The translations under genes and the position numbers were made by a program. From an uncultured Verrucomicrobiae bacterium (GTDB taxonomy: Bacteria > Verrucomicrobiota > Verrucomicrobiia > Chthoniobacterales > JAFAMB01), in contig CAWEXO010000013.1 of assembly GCA_963813025.1 (NCBI GenBank), positions 640,001 through 704,000 on the forward strand: DNA of 64,000 nucleotides, given 5' to 3'. The notes beneath the pieces were generated by a model that was not told the origin of the DNA, ran no database searches, and saw only the letters and a list, made by a program, of their open reading frames with translations. Below, one piece after another: positions 38,230 to 47,562 of this stretch; positions within the stretch are counted from its first letter, which is position 1; each line of letters starts with the position of its first letter.

Positions 38230-40089
38230 TCAGGCTGTTCGGGCATTCGCCAGCTCAAGAATTTTTCCGTGATACTCCTCGTACAGCGTGCTGTTATCCG
38301 GGCTATAATTAAGATTCTTAAAGAGGCCGGTCAGCTGAGTGAAGTAATCGCGCACCCCCGCCTTATCAGAAAAATTGTACTGACGGCCGATCAGATCCTG
38401 AATCAGGTCGAAGATTCTTTTCTGTCTTTCCAAAGGCGCGCTGGAATCGACCTTATCGAATGCGTCCTGCTGCAAATAGGCCATGTCGAGGAAAAGCGCC
38501 TTTTCGTAGGCCAGATAATCCTCGAGGCTGACGCCCTCTTCGCCCGTAACCTGCATCATTTGGGAGACACTGTTCCCGCGTTGCAGCAACTCCTGCATAG
38601 CCAGAACCCGATCAACCCAGTCCGGAGCGACGTTTTTTTCGAACCAGGGTCTCATTTGCGTCAGATAACGCGACCATGAAATGAGCGGATCAACCGCGGG
38701 ATAAAACCGTTTATAAGCGCGCTCATAACTTAACCCCAAAAATGTCTTTACCGTGGCCAGGGTGGATTGAGTAACGGGTTCCTCAAAATTTCCGCCTGCC
38801 GGCGAAACCGTTCCGATCAGCGTTAAACTGCCGACGCTGCCATCGTTGCTCTGAATCACCCCGGCCCGCTCGTAAACCCCTTTGATGGCCGAATCCAGAT
38901 AGGCTGGATACGATTCTTCGCCGGGAATCTCTTCCAGGCGGCCGGAGGTTTCCCGCATCGCCTGGGCCCAGCGGGAAGTTGAATCAGCGATCAAGAGGAC
39001 GTCACACCCCATTTGCCGATAATACTCTCCCAAAGTGATTCCGGTATAGATCGACGCTTCCCGGGCGGCCACCGGCATCGAAGACGTATTGCATATGATG
39101 ATGGTTCGCTCCATCAGCGACCTACCAGTCTTCGGATCGTTCAGCTTGGGGAATTCGGTGATTGTTTCAACCACCTCTCCGGCGCGTTCGCCGCAGGCAA
39201 CCACGACCACGACGTCAACCGCGGAGTGCCGGGAGATCAGGTTCTGCAGCACCGTCTTACCGGCGCCGAACGGCCCCGGAATGCAACCGGCGCCACCGCG
39301 CGCGATCGGAAAGAAGGTGTCGATGATGCGCTGGGTAGTTATGAGCGGTTTGTCAGGATAAAGACGCTCGGAGTGCCGCTGTTCCAGAAGATACTCGGCT
39401 AATGGGCGGCGCACCGGCCAAGCCTGCTGCATCGTAAGGATCCGTTCGTCACCGCGTTGATCTCGGATTCGGGCGATTGGCGTATCCACGGTGTGACTGC
39501 CACTCTGGAGCCAGAGCACGTCCACTTCTCCGATCTAATCGAACGGGACCATGATCTTGTGGGTGCACCGACCTTCGAGCACGGTTCCGAGAGTACTTCC
39601 GGCGACGACTCGGTCTCCGACTTTGACGCTCGGATTAAAGGGCCATTTCCTTTCCAGATCGAGGGGCGGAGCAACCACCCCACGGGGAAGAAAATTTCCG
39701 TATCCGGTAGCAAGATCGGCCAGCGGGTTCTGCAGCCCGTCATAGACTCTTCCAAGCAGCCCGGGGCCGAGGGTAACCGAAAGCAATCCTCCGGTCTGCT
39801 CGACCGGATCACCGATACCAACTCCTCGCGTACTCTCGAAAACTTGAGCATCGGCTTCCGTGCCGCGGACACGGAGCAACTCCGCTTTAAGCCGCTCGGT
39901 GTATTTTTCCGGTTGCCGGCGGGCGACGATGTAGACCACCTCATTCTTGATCAGCGGTTTTGGGCCGGCCCCGGTAGTCTTGATTGTTACAAGGCCCGCT
40001 TGGACAGCAACGATCTGAGCGCCTGCCGCCATCGCCTCCGAATCAGCCGGTCGTTGCTGGGAAGAGTTCTTTAAAGTTGCCGATGCCAT
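38230..40089 (-). CDS. ntpA: V/A-type ATPase subunit A, frameshift near 39535
   Basis: Walker A GPFGAGKTV, ACGERAGE, NTSSMPVAAREAS, DSTSRWAQA.RE.SGRLEE.PGEE. The N-terminal part (QVFEST, LGPGLL..VYDGLQNPL) is in the adjacent frame. Confidence 0.95.
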
Positions 40090-40732
40090 CGTGGATAAGC
40101 GAGTTGAAGTGTTTGAGAGCGATTTCGCGAGTATAGTTGGCGCGCCGTTCGATGAGACTCCAGCGAAGGAAATAAAGCACAACCGCCGTAAAATCGAAGT
40201 AGTGTCCCTGGCTAAGTCGGGTAAACCGTTTCCAGAATTCGGCAAGAATGAAGCGCTCGAGCCCCCCCGGATCATCCCCTTCGAGGAGTTGCCTCCCCTC
40301 AGTTATCAAAGGGACCAATCCCTTGAGACCGAAATAGGGTTCGGCCCAATGTTTTTCAATCCTTTTAAGCCAGCGGCTATAGCCCCAATCGGGCTCGGTC
40401 GGCGGAGTGTTCTGGCCAAGCCGACGACGTCGGTAGGCGACACCGATCGTGCGTACATCCATCACGTATTGCACTGCCTCCTTCAGGGCCGGCGATTTCA
40501 GCTCATCCACCAAGGCTCTGGCCGAACGAACGATTTGTACGTCGGTCCATCCCCGGGGTTGTTTCGATCGTCGGATGAGCTTCTCGATTCGCGACAGCAG
40601 ATCTCTGTCCGATTCCGTCAGAAATCGGAATCTTCGCTTTATTTGCAGTTCCGAAGGCGGTTGCTGATGGCCGAAGAGGTCGCCCAGCGGCGGCAGACTG
40701 GCCATCAGCATGACGTACTGCGAGGCAGACAT
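40043..40732 (-). CDS. DUF2764 family, V/A-ATPase C-like subunit
   Basis: YVML.ASLP, HYFDFTAVVLYFLRW; lies between E and A. Confidence 0.8.
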   Translation of the reverse strand: MSASQYVMLMASLPPLGDLFGHQQPPSELQIKRRFRFLTESDRDLLSRIEKLIRRSKQPRGWTDVQIVRSARALVDELKSPALKEAVQYVMDVRTIGVAYRRRRLGQNTPPTEPDWGYSRWLKRIEKHWAEPYFGLKGLVPLITEGRQLLEGDDPGGLERFILAEFWKRFTRLSQGHYFDFTAVVLYFLRWSLIERRANYTREIALKHFNSLIHDGIGNFKELFPATTG

Positions 40733-40739
40733 GGTTCGT

Positions 40740-41441
40740 TTATTGGATGCCTTCGAGCAGCGCCCGAAACCGCGGTTGCAGATGTTGCAACAATAAATCG
40801 GTGATTACCTTATCGCTCAGATCCAGGTCGATCCCTTTGTCGGCCAAACGAATCTTGATTCCCGCTTTCAGGTCTCGACTGGTGGCAAGTGTAACACCCT
40901 CTCGCAAGAGGCCTCTCGATACCAAGGCGGCGAAGTGGCTTAGAGGGGCGTCCCGAACGGCAGCGGGGTCTCTGGTCAAAGTGTCGAGATCGATCGGCTT
41001 TTCCGGCAACAGGACCTCGACTTGCTTGGAGTTTTCCGCTTCTGCTCGAGCGCGCCCGCCGACTTCAAGAATGAGTTTTTCCAAAAGTTCCTGCCTTTGG
41101 ACCTCTTCGCGGACGAGTCGCCGCACCTCGCCGGCGAACCGTTGTTCGAGTTGATTTCGCAGGTCCAAAGCCGCGTCGCGAGCGGCCACCTGCAAAGCCT
41201 GGTGACCGGCAGCTTCCAGGCTGGCTGCCCCCTTGCGAGCGTTGCTCACGATCTGTTCGGCTTCTTCCTTGGCTTTAGTTTTGGTCGCCTTTGCCTCGGC
41301 TTGAGCCGCCTTAACGATGCGGTCTGCCTCAGCGCGCCCGTTGGCGACCCCCTCGCTGCGCAGCCGTTCGATTAGAGATTCAACCCCAAGCGCGACTTTG
41401 GCGTTACTCGAATCGGCGACCGGTTTTCCATCTTCTGCCAT
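40740..41441 (-). CDS. ntpE: V/A-type ATPase subunit E
   Basis: LIERLRSEGV..G..EA..IV..A coiled coil, LQPRFRALLEG. GAGAGGAG RBS before the ATG at 41441. Confidence 0.88.
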   Translation of the reverse strand: MAEDGKPVADSSNAKVALGVESLIERLRSEGVANGRAEADRIVKAAQAEAKATKTKAKEEAEQIVSNARKGAASLEAAGHQALQVAARDAALDLRNQLEQRFAGEVRRLVREEVQRQELLEKLILEVGGRARAEAENSKQVEVLLPEKPIDLDTLTRDPAAVRDAPLSHFAALVSRGLLREGVTLATSRDLKAGIKIRLADKGIDLDLSDKVITDLLLQHLQPRFRALLEGIQ

Positions 41442-41455
41442 TTTCGTATCTCCTC

Positions 41456-41905
41456 TCACTTCGCTGGCAGGCTTCCAGCCAGGACCAGCACAAAGATAAA
41501 CGTAAACACGCAGAAACCTTCCACCACAGCGGCGGGGGCAATCGACAGGCCGAAGATAGCCGGCTTTTCTTTCGAACCGGCTATCGCCGAAGCGAGCAGA
41601 TAACCTTGGTAGATGCCAAGTACAAGCAGCGCGATTCCCGCCCCAAGGCCGAGGACAAACAAACCTTCGGCCACCCCGGGTGTGATCGGCCGGTTCAGAG
41701 CGAACATCACGACAATGCCATAGATGATGTTGGACGAAGGCAAAATCGACAGACCGATATACCGGCCGTGACCGCCTTCCGTTTCCAGCATTGCGCCGAT
41801 CGCGGCTTGGCCGGCAATCGTACAGCCTATGCCGCTGCCAATACCACCCAAAACGACAGGGGAATAGAGGCCGATCCAGCCTAATATGTTCAGGAGTTCG
41901 TTCAT
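41456..41905 (-). CDS. ntpK: V/A-type ATPase proteolipid subunit K (4 TM)
   Basis: GIGSGIG...AGQAA.GA, PSSNIIYG, YQG, single carboxylate in AVVEGF. Confidence 0.92.
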   Translation of the reverse strand: MNELLNILGWIGLYSPVVLGGIGSGIGCTIAGQAAIGAMLETEGGHGRYIGLSILPSSNIIYGIVVMFALNRPITPGVAEGLFVLGLGAGIALLVLGIYQGYLLASAIAGSKEKPAIFGLSIAPAAVVEGFCVFTFIFVLVLAGSLPAK

Positions 41906-43707
41906 GTTTTAGTTTCCTTTTTTCGAAAAGCAGCGAAAGGGGAGCCTTCTGCGGAAAGTGACCAGTTAAAGAATTCGATGACGTTAAGCCTGAGTCCGTG
42001 AACAAGGCCGCTGATAATCCCGAGCGACAGATTCAAGGTGTGTCCGACTAAAAGAACCAGAAGGGCAAAGAGCACACCAAAGCCCGGCAACGATCCGCGA
42101 ACTTTGCCGGCGAGTGAGTTAAAAGTGAAAGCCAGCGAGGCACTGGCCAAGCCTAAAGCAAACAAGCGGAGATAACTCAAGGTATCGCCAAAAAGTTTTG
42201 TAATGTTCGTGAGCGAGCTGAGGCCTTCGAGAATCCGCAAGAGACCGGCTTTCAGTGAGGTCACCGGGCGATCGCTACCAAAAAAGATCAACAGCAAAGC
42301 TCCCAGGGCCAGCAACGCGATCCCGGTATCCGAAAGCGTCGATTTCGCGACCGCACCCCGCGAAACGAATAAAAGAACTCCGGCGAGAATGACCGCGATC
42401 CAGCCGACGGGCTTAAGTCTACTCGACAAAGTGTGACCAGAAAAAGCGGCGGCCGCGTTTGCCAGGATGAGATGCAGGCAGCCGACCCCTAGTGAAAAAA
42501 GCATCATCCAAGTCACATCGTGCGAAGGAAGCAGGCGCAGAGAGCCCAGCCACGTATCTGTGCCCGGTTCATACCCGAAGTAGCTGCCGGTCAATACTCC
42601 ATAGATAAAGCCGGCGATCACAATCATGAGCGCGAGGGACCGAAAGCGTTTGCCGCCGACGCTTCGTCCAATCCGCTTGTAGAACCACAAAAGCGGAATT
42701 GCGAGGATTAGCGCATAGCCGGCATCGGCCATGATCATCGCAAAGAAGATCGCAAAAGAAAAAGCCGCAATGATAGACGGGTCCCAAGTGTGATAACCGG
42801 GTGTCGTGTAAAAGGCGACCAGGTCTTCCCCGCCGGCCAGGGCGGGGGGATTGCTCAGCAGAGTCGGCGGGCTGTCTTCAAGCGTAGGCTTTTCCTCAAG
42901 GAGCGCCAACCCGCGATCCTTTGCCAATCTTTCCACTGCCGGTACGCGAACACTAGGGATCCAGCCTTGCAGAAAGAAGAAATTTTCCACTTCCTGGATC
43001 TCTTGGAGAGCCTTCGCCAGGGCAGCCTGGTCCTCAATCCTTAGCAGATGTTTGGAGAGCAAGGAAATCCAACGGCTCAGAGAATTATGCTCAGCTTCTA
43101 ATTCCTCGATCTCCAGCTCGGCCCGATAGAGGCTCCGTTTCAGCTCGTTGAGGGGCGCTGGAGGGACTTGGGTTCGCGGAATTGCGAACAGGTTTTCGGG
43201 CAGTTCTTCCTTTGCGATCACCACGACGTAAACGTGCCGATGATCTTCAGAGACAATCGTCCATGTTTCCCCCAAATTTTCGAGCTTCTTGCGTTCCCGA
43301 AACGGAATCCGATAAAACCATAGCTTGTAACCACCCAGCTCATCGGGTGACGGGAAAATAAAATTCCCCCAAGGACTGATTTCCTCGATTTGGTTCGTTA
43401 AGAGGATTTTTCTGTCAATGGCCTTCCTCAGTTGTTGCTTGTTCCGAAGCGCGGCCGCAACGACCTGCTCAAGGTTGAACTCGCTCTCGTCGACGATTTG
43501 CCGCCGCCGCCGTCCAGAGAGCATCAGGTGTTGGAGCGCTTCCCCGTCAGATTCTTCAGCGCTTGGCGGAGTAAACTCGACTGAGGGCAAGTCTTTTACA
43601 TCGGTGATAATGTGAACGCAGCCGAGGGTTTGTAATTCTTCGAGAACTTCTCGCCGTTCCGGGTTGCTCCCGAAGAGCGTTATCTTGGTGAGGTGGACAA
43701 TACTCAT
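41902..43707 (-). CDS. ntpI: V/A-type ATPase subunit I
   Basis: LQGWIP, PPTLL.N, PGY..WDPS, DAGY, FGDTLSYLRLFALGLAS, VHGLRLN.IEF. Confidence 0.95.
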   Translation of the reverse strand: MSIVHLTKITLFGSNPERREVLEELQTLGCVHIITDVKDLPSVEFTPPSAEESDGEALQHLMLSGRRRRQIVDESEFNLEQVVAAALRNKQQLRKAIDRKILLTNQIEEISPWGNFIFPSPDELGGYKLWFYRIPFRERKKLENLGETWTIVSEDHRHVYVVVIAKEELPENLFAIPRTQVPPAPLNELKRSLYRAELEIEELEAEHNSLSRWISLLSKHLLRIEDQAALAKALQEIQEVENFFFLQGWIPSVRVPAVERLAKDRGLALLEEKPTLEDSPPTLLSNPPALAGGEDLVAFYTTPGYHTWDPSIIAAFSFAIFFAMIMADAGYALILAIPLLWFYKRIGRSVGGKRFRSLALMIVIAGFIYGVLTGSYFGYEPGTDTWLGSLRLLPSHDVTWMMLFSLGVGCLHLILANAAAAFSGHTLSSRLKPVGWIAVILAGVLLFVSRGAVAKSTLSDTGIALLALGALLLIFFGSDRPVTSLKAGLLRILEGLSSLTNITKLFGDTLSYLRLFALGLASASLAFTFNSLAGKVRGSLPGFGVLFALLVLLVGHTLNLSLGIISGLVHGLRLNVIEFFNWSLSAEGSPFAAFRKKETKT

Positions 43708-44300
43708 ACCGCACCCTTTTTTCCCTTGGCGATTTTCGCGCTCACGATGCTCGCCCTCTCGGAATCCGCCAGGGCAAGCCGGATCCGTTTGATATTGGAC
43801 TGGATTCGCGGGATCAGCACTTTTTCAAAAAGGTTAACTCGTTGAGAGACGATTCTGGCCGCCTGAGCCAACAACTCCAAGCGGCGTTCAACCACTTGCC
43901 GCCGAATCGTCACCTCGATCGCCTCTTTCAACAGGTGAACGACCCGATCGACCCAAGGCGGTTTCGCCAGAAATGAGTACTCGGCAATCTGCACATCGAT
44001 CCGGTCGACCTTCGGCAACGTAATTCCCATGACGTTTTCCTCGACAAACTGGACGTCCTGTAACTTGACGAGTCCGGTCAGGTCGATCGATTCATCGCCT
44101 AGCATCGGCAACTGTTTCTCAATCGTCGGTTCCAGAGCCGTCCGTTGCTGCTCCACCTCGGCGAGCTGAAGGCGCGCTTTCTGTTGCTCCAATAAAAGCT
44201 GCTGGCGCTTCAGGTCGAGGGAGGGCAGAAAATTTCGGCAGGCTCGAAGCTGACGGACTTGATCGCTCAGATTGGATTTGCTGAGGGCAACCTTGGCCAT
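43704..44300 (-). CDS. ntpD: V/A-type ATPase subunit D
   Basis: FLPSLDLKRQQL, ENVMGI.LP, QRVNLFEKVLIP. Confidence 0.93.
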   Translation of the reverse strand: MAKVALSKSNLSDQVRQLRACRNFLPSLDLKRQQLLLEQQKARLQLAEVEQQRTALEPTIEKQLPMLGDESIDLTGLVKLQDVQFVEENVMGITLPKVDRIDVQIAEYSFLAKPPWVDRVVHLLKEAIEVTIRRQVVERRLELLAQAARIVSQRVNLFEKVLIPRIQSNIKRIRLALADSERASIVSAKIAKGKKGAV

Positions 44301-44302
44301 AA

Positions 44303-45668
44303 TCAGGCGGATAAGGCCGGATTTTGCTGTTTCGCGGGAAAATACTTGTCGACCAGCTCTTGCTTCATCAGCAGTTCCTGCGGCGCAAAACATTCAGCAA
44401 GGGTTTGCCAGGAAAGGTCGAGGGCTTCCTCGAGCGGCATCGAAATGTTGATATCCATGAAGCGCTCCCGAAAAAGCTTGCCGAATTTCAATACTTTCTG
44501 ATCGAATCCGGACAACTCAAAAGCCATCGCCTGTTTCTGTTCGGCATCTCTCGCCTGCGAGTAGAAACGGATCATCGTATTCATAATTTGACCGTGATCC
44601 TCGCGAGTGACTTTCCCGATGACGTGCTGTTTTAACCTGGAAAGAGATCCGAACGGATCGATCACTCCACCATGGAGATAGAACTGTCCCTCGGTGATAT
44701 ACCCGGTGTTGTCCGGCATTGGATGCGTCACGTCGTCCCCCGGCATGGTGGTAACGCTCAGAATCGTGACCGAACCTCCCTGGGCGTAGTCGCAAGCCTT
44801 CTCATAGCGGCGCGCGAGCTGCGAATAGAGGTCGCCAGGGTAGCCGCGGTTTGCCGGCACCTGATCCATTGCGATACTGACCTCTTTCAAGGCGTCGCCA
44901 TAGGCAGTCATGTCGGTCAGCAGAACCAGAACGCGTTTCTGTTCTTCAACGGCGATGTTTTCGGCGACCGCTAGCGAAAGGTCAGGAATCAGAAGTCTTT
45001 CCACGACGGGATCGGATGCCTGGTTCACAAACATCACCATGCGGGTGAACATCCCGGCTTCTTCGAAGGTCTTGCGGAAAAAATAGTAATCATCGAAGAT
45101 CAAGCCCATCCCGCCGAACACGATCGCATCGGCATCGGCTTGGATTCCAATTCGCGCGAGCAGGGCGTTGAACGGCTCGCCGGCGACCGAAAAGATCGGG
45201 ATTTTCTGACTTTCGACCAGACAATTAAACACGTCGATCATCGGCACGTTCGTGCGGATCATCCTGGAAGCCAGGATCCGCCGCATGGGATTTACCGAGG
45301 GGCCACCAATCGGCACGGCCGGTTCGTGAGACAGGTCGGGACCGCCGTCAATCGGTTCGCCGGTACCGCGAAATACCCGGCCGAAAATATTTTCGGAGTA
45401 ACTGACCTGCATGGGGCGACCGAGGAAGCGGACCGTAGACTCGGTCGAGATGCCGCGAGTCCCTCGAAAAACCTGAAGAGCGACGACATCGCGTTTGATG
45501 CTGATCACTTGCGCCAAGGACCGCGAGCCGTCGAGCGCTTCGATCATCGCGAGATCTTCCAAGCGCGGTGCGATACTCTCGGTGCTCGTATCCTCCTGGG
45601 ACTTGAACCTGAACAATGTCCCCAATGATCGCCAGGATCCGCGAATAGCCGACTAATGTCTCGATCAT
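44303..45668 (-). CDS. ntpB: V/A-type ATPase subunit B, frameshift near 45590
   Basis: [58 protein letters not shown]. The N-terminus [21 protein letters not shown] is in another frame. Confidence 0.95.
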
Positions 45669-45713
45669 GCGCCCCTATCAGTATCAACTCGCAAAAAAAT
45701 GGCAAGTGAGCCG

Positions 45714-45841
45714 CTATGGGAGAATCGCCATTTCTTCGATCGGCACTTTAACCCCACGATCCCCTCGGGCAATCATGATGCCGTCCGCCGCCGCCAAATT
45801 TCGTAGAAGCGCTCAACCGACTCGTACCACTCAATCTTGGC
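45714..45841 (-). pseudogene. pyk: Degenerate internal pyruvate kinase fragment
   Basis: [40 protein letters not shown] matches [41 protein letters not shown] at 53363-53484. Confidence 0.85.
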
Positions 45842-45953
45842 GGCATGGCGAGTCGCGCACCACAATGTTGTGTTTGGCCGCCATGTTGCCGAGATCGATG
45901 CCCGACGAGGTAGCGGCAATGTAGAATCCGCGCCATGAACCATGTCGCCGGCA

Positions 45954-46739
45954 TTACGAGCCGAAAACAATCCAAACCGCCCAACCGATGAACAAAAACC
46001 CGCTGACACGGCTGAACAATTGGTTCGGGGGAGTGATCTTCTCCAGGAGGACAAAAGCACCGAGAGCGGCAACCCATAGCAGGTTCATCACGCCAAAGGC
46101 AAAAAGGAGACTCATCAAAGCCCAACAGCAGCCGAGACAGTAGCCGCCATGCTTCAATCCCATCCTAAAGGCGCCCCATGAGCCAGGGCGCCATTCCGTA
46201 GCCAAAAATCCCATTGGAGATCGACAATGAGCCAGACAAGCATATTTCAGATGGCTGAACTGGAAGAGACCCGCGACGAGCAGCAATCCGCCTCCCAGCG
46301 CTTTGCTCGTGCTCTCCATCATCGGTGAAATCAAATTCGCTGTAAGCAAGCCCCATTGCGCGAGCGTAGCCAGGACGCTAAAGCCGGTCCACGCCGTCAG
46401 ATATCCCAGCAGGAATCCTCCGGTTGCTGTGAACGTGCCCTGCTGCTCGTTGCGACGCCGATTGATCTCAGCAAAAAGCAGAATCACCGGGCTGGCTGCG
46501 GGGACCATCATCGCAAACATCATGATCACCCACATCAGAAACACGAGGACAAGATCCCAAGCGGTCCAATGCTGCATGGCGGGCATAATGATCATCTGCA
46601 TCCCTCCATCCATATGGCGCATTCCCCAGTCCATGTAGACCAGGTATGTCCAAGACAGAGTCGCTAATCCCGCGAGACCAAACGCGACGACAACGCGGTC
46701 ACGCTTGAGAACTTGTATCAGAGTCGACTTTGCGATCAC
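45954..46739 (-). CDS. DUF2182 predicted metal-binding integral membrane protein
   Basis: MW.IMM.AMM.P, FLLGYL.AW, FQFS.LK.ACL.HCRSP, G.YCLGCCWALM, GVMNL.W. Confidence 0.9.
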   Translation of the reverse strand: MIAKSTLIQVLKRDRVVVAFGLAGLATLSWTYLVYMDWGMRHMDGGMQMIIMPAMQHWTAWDLVLVFLMWVIMMFAMMVPAASPVILLFAEINRRRNEQQGTFTATGGFLLGYLTAWTGFSVLATLAQWGLLTANLISPMMESTSKALGGGLLLVAGLFQFSHLKYACLAHCRSPMGFLATEWRPGSWGAFRMGLKHGGYCLGCCWALMSLLFAFGVMNLLWVAALGAFVLLEKITPPNQLFSRVSGFLFIGWAVWIVFGS

Positions 46740-46745
46740 GCCGGC

Positions 46746-47351
46746 TCAGGCAGACTCGTAGACGAACGGCGAAAAAAACCCGGTTTTGTTCGACACCTCC
46801 CACTTCAGGCCGTAATCGCTGAATCTCATTTCTTTGGATTTCGCCACCACTGCCGGAAAGCCTGGCACCGCGGTGAAGGGATGGTTGCCGACTGTCACTT
46901 CCCCGCCATCTTGGCCAGACAAACCCTCGATCTCCGAAACCGCGATGGCGCCGAGACGCAAGCTCCGGCGTTTTCCTTCGGAACGATATTCGATCGGCAC
47001 CGCCTTAACCCCGAGGACCTCGCCGATGAGCGGCGCAAGACCCGCTAGATGCCCCCCTGCTTGGCCAGAGAAGATTTGAGTTAACCCGTCCCGTTGATTT
47101 TGATTTGCCCGTTCATCCACATAGAGGGCAACTTTCCATTTTACCTCCAGCATATGGCCAGGTGCATAGGCCGCAAGGGCGGTATTTAACCCCTCCAGAT
47201 TGGCCTCGCCAAAGCGACCCTGATCAATGTGCCAGGCAAGCAACACCGTGCACTCGCCCCTTGTAGGTGGGCTGAGAAAAACACACGGACACGCGAGGTC
47301 ACAATTACAGGCCTCGAAGTAGGATCCGGCAACTTTCCATGGATCAGGCAT
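46746..47351 (-). CDS. DUF1326 family protein
   Basis: W...G.YFEACNC...CPC....PT.G.C, YVDERA...QR..L..IFSGQAGG. Confidence 0.9.
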   Translation of the reverse strand: MPDPWKVAGSYFEACNCDLACPCVFLSPPTRGECTVLLAWHIDQGRFGEANLEGLNTALAAYAPGHMLEVKWKVALYVDERANQNQRDGLTQIFSGQAGGHLAGLAPLIGEVLGVKAVPIEYRSEGKRRSLRLGAIAVSEIEGLSGQDGGEVTVGNHPFTAVPGFPAVVAKSKEMRFSDYGLKWEVSNKTGFFSPFVYESA

Positions 47352-47455
47352 GGCAGCTCTTTCATTTTGGGCGCTAGAAGGCCTTGCAGTGTAGAAGGTC
47401 TCGCGCCCACGGGGAATATTGGGCTGTTAGATAAACAAATTGTCCTGGAGTGAGC

Positions 47456-47482
47456 AATTAGATTCTGCTGCAGAATCTAATT
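47456..47482. promoter_or_regulatory. Perfect 27-bp palindrome upstream of DUF1326 (operator or terminator-like)
   Basis: AATTAGATTCTGC-T-GCAGAATCTAATT. Confidence 0.55.
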
Positions 47483-47562
47483 CGGTCTTCGCGGGTCTGT
47501 TTCTTGTATGAGTCCGAATCGGCTCCGGCCATGGGTCATCGATCATTGGCCATTGGCACGAC

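Noticed and set aside
41442..42005. Long N-terminal extension of V-ATPase subunit E
   Set aside because: Alternative frame across the K and I genes; an RBS and ATG are present at 41441.
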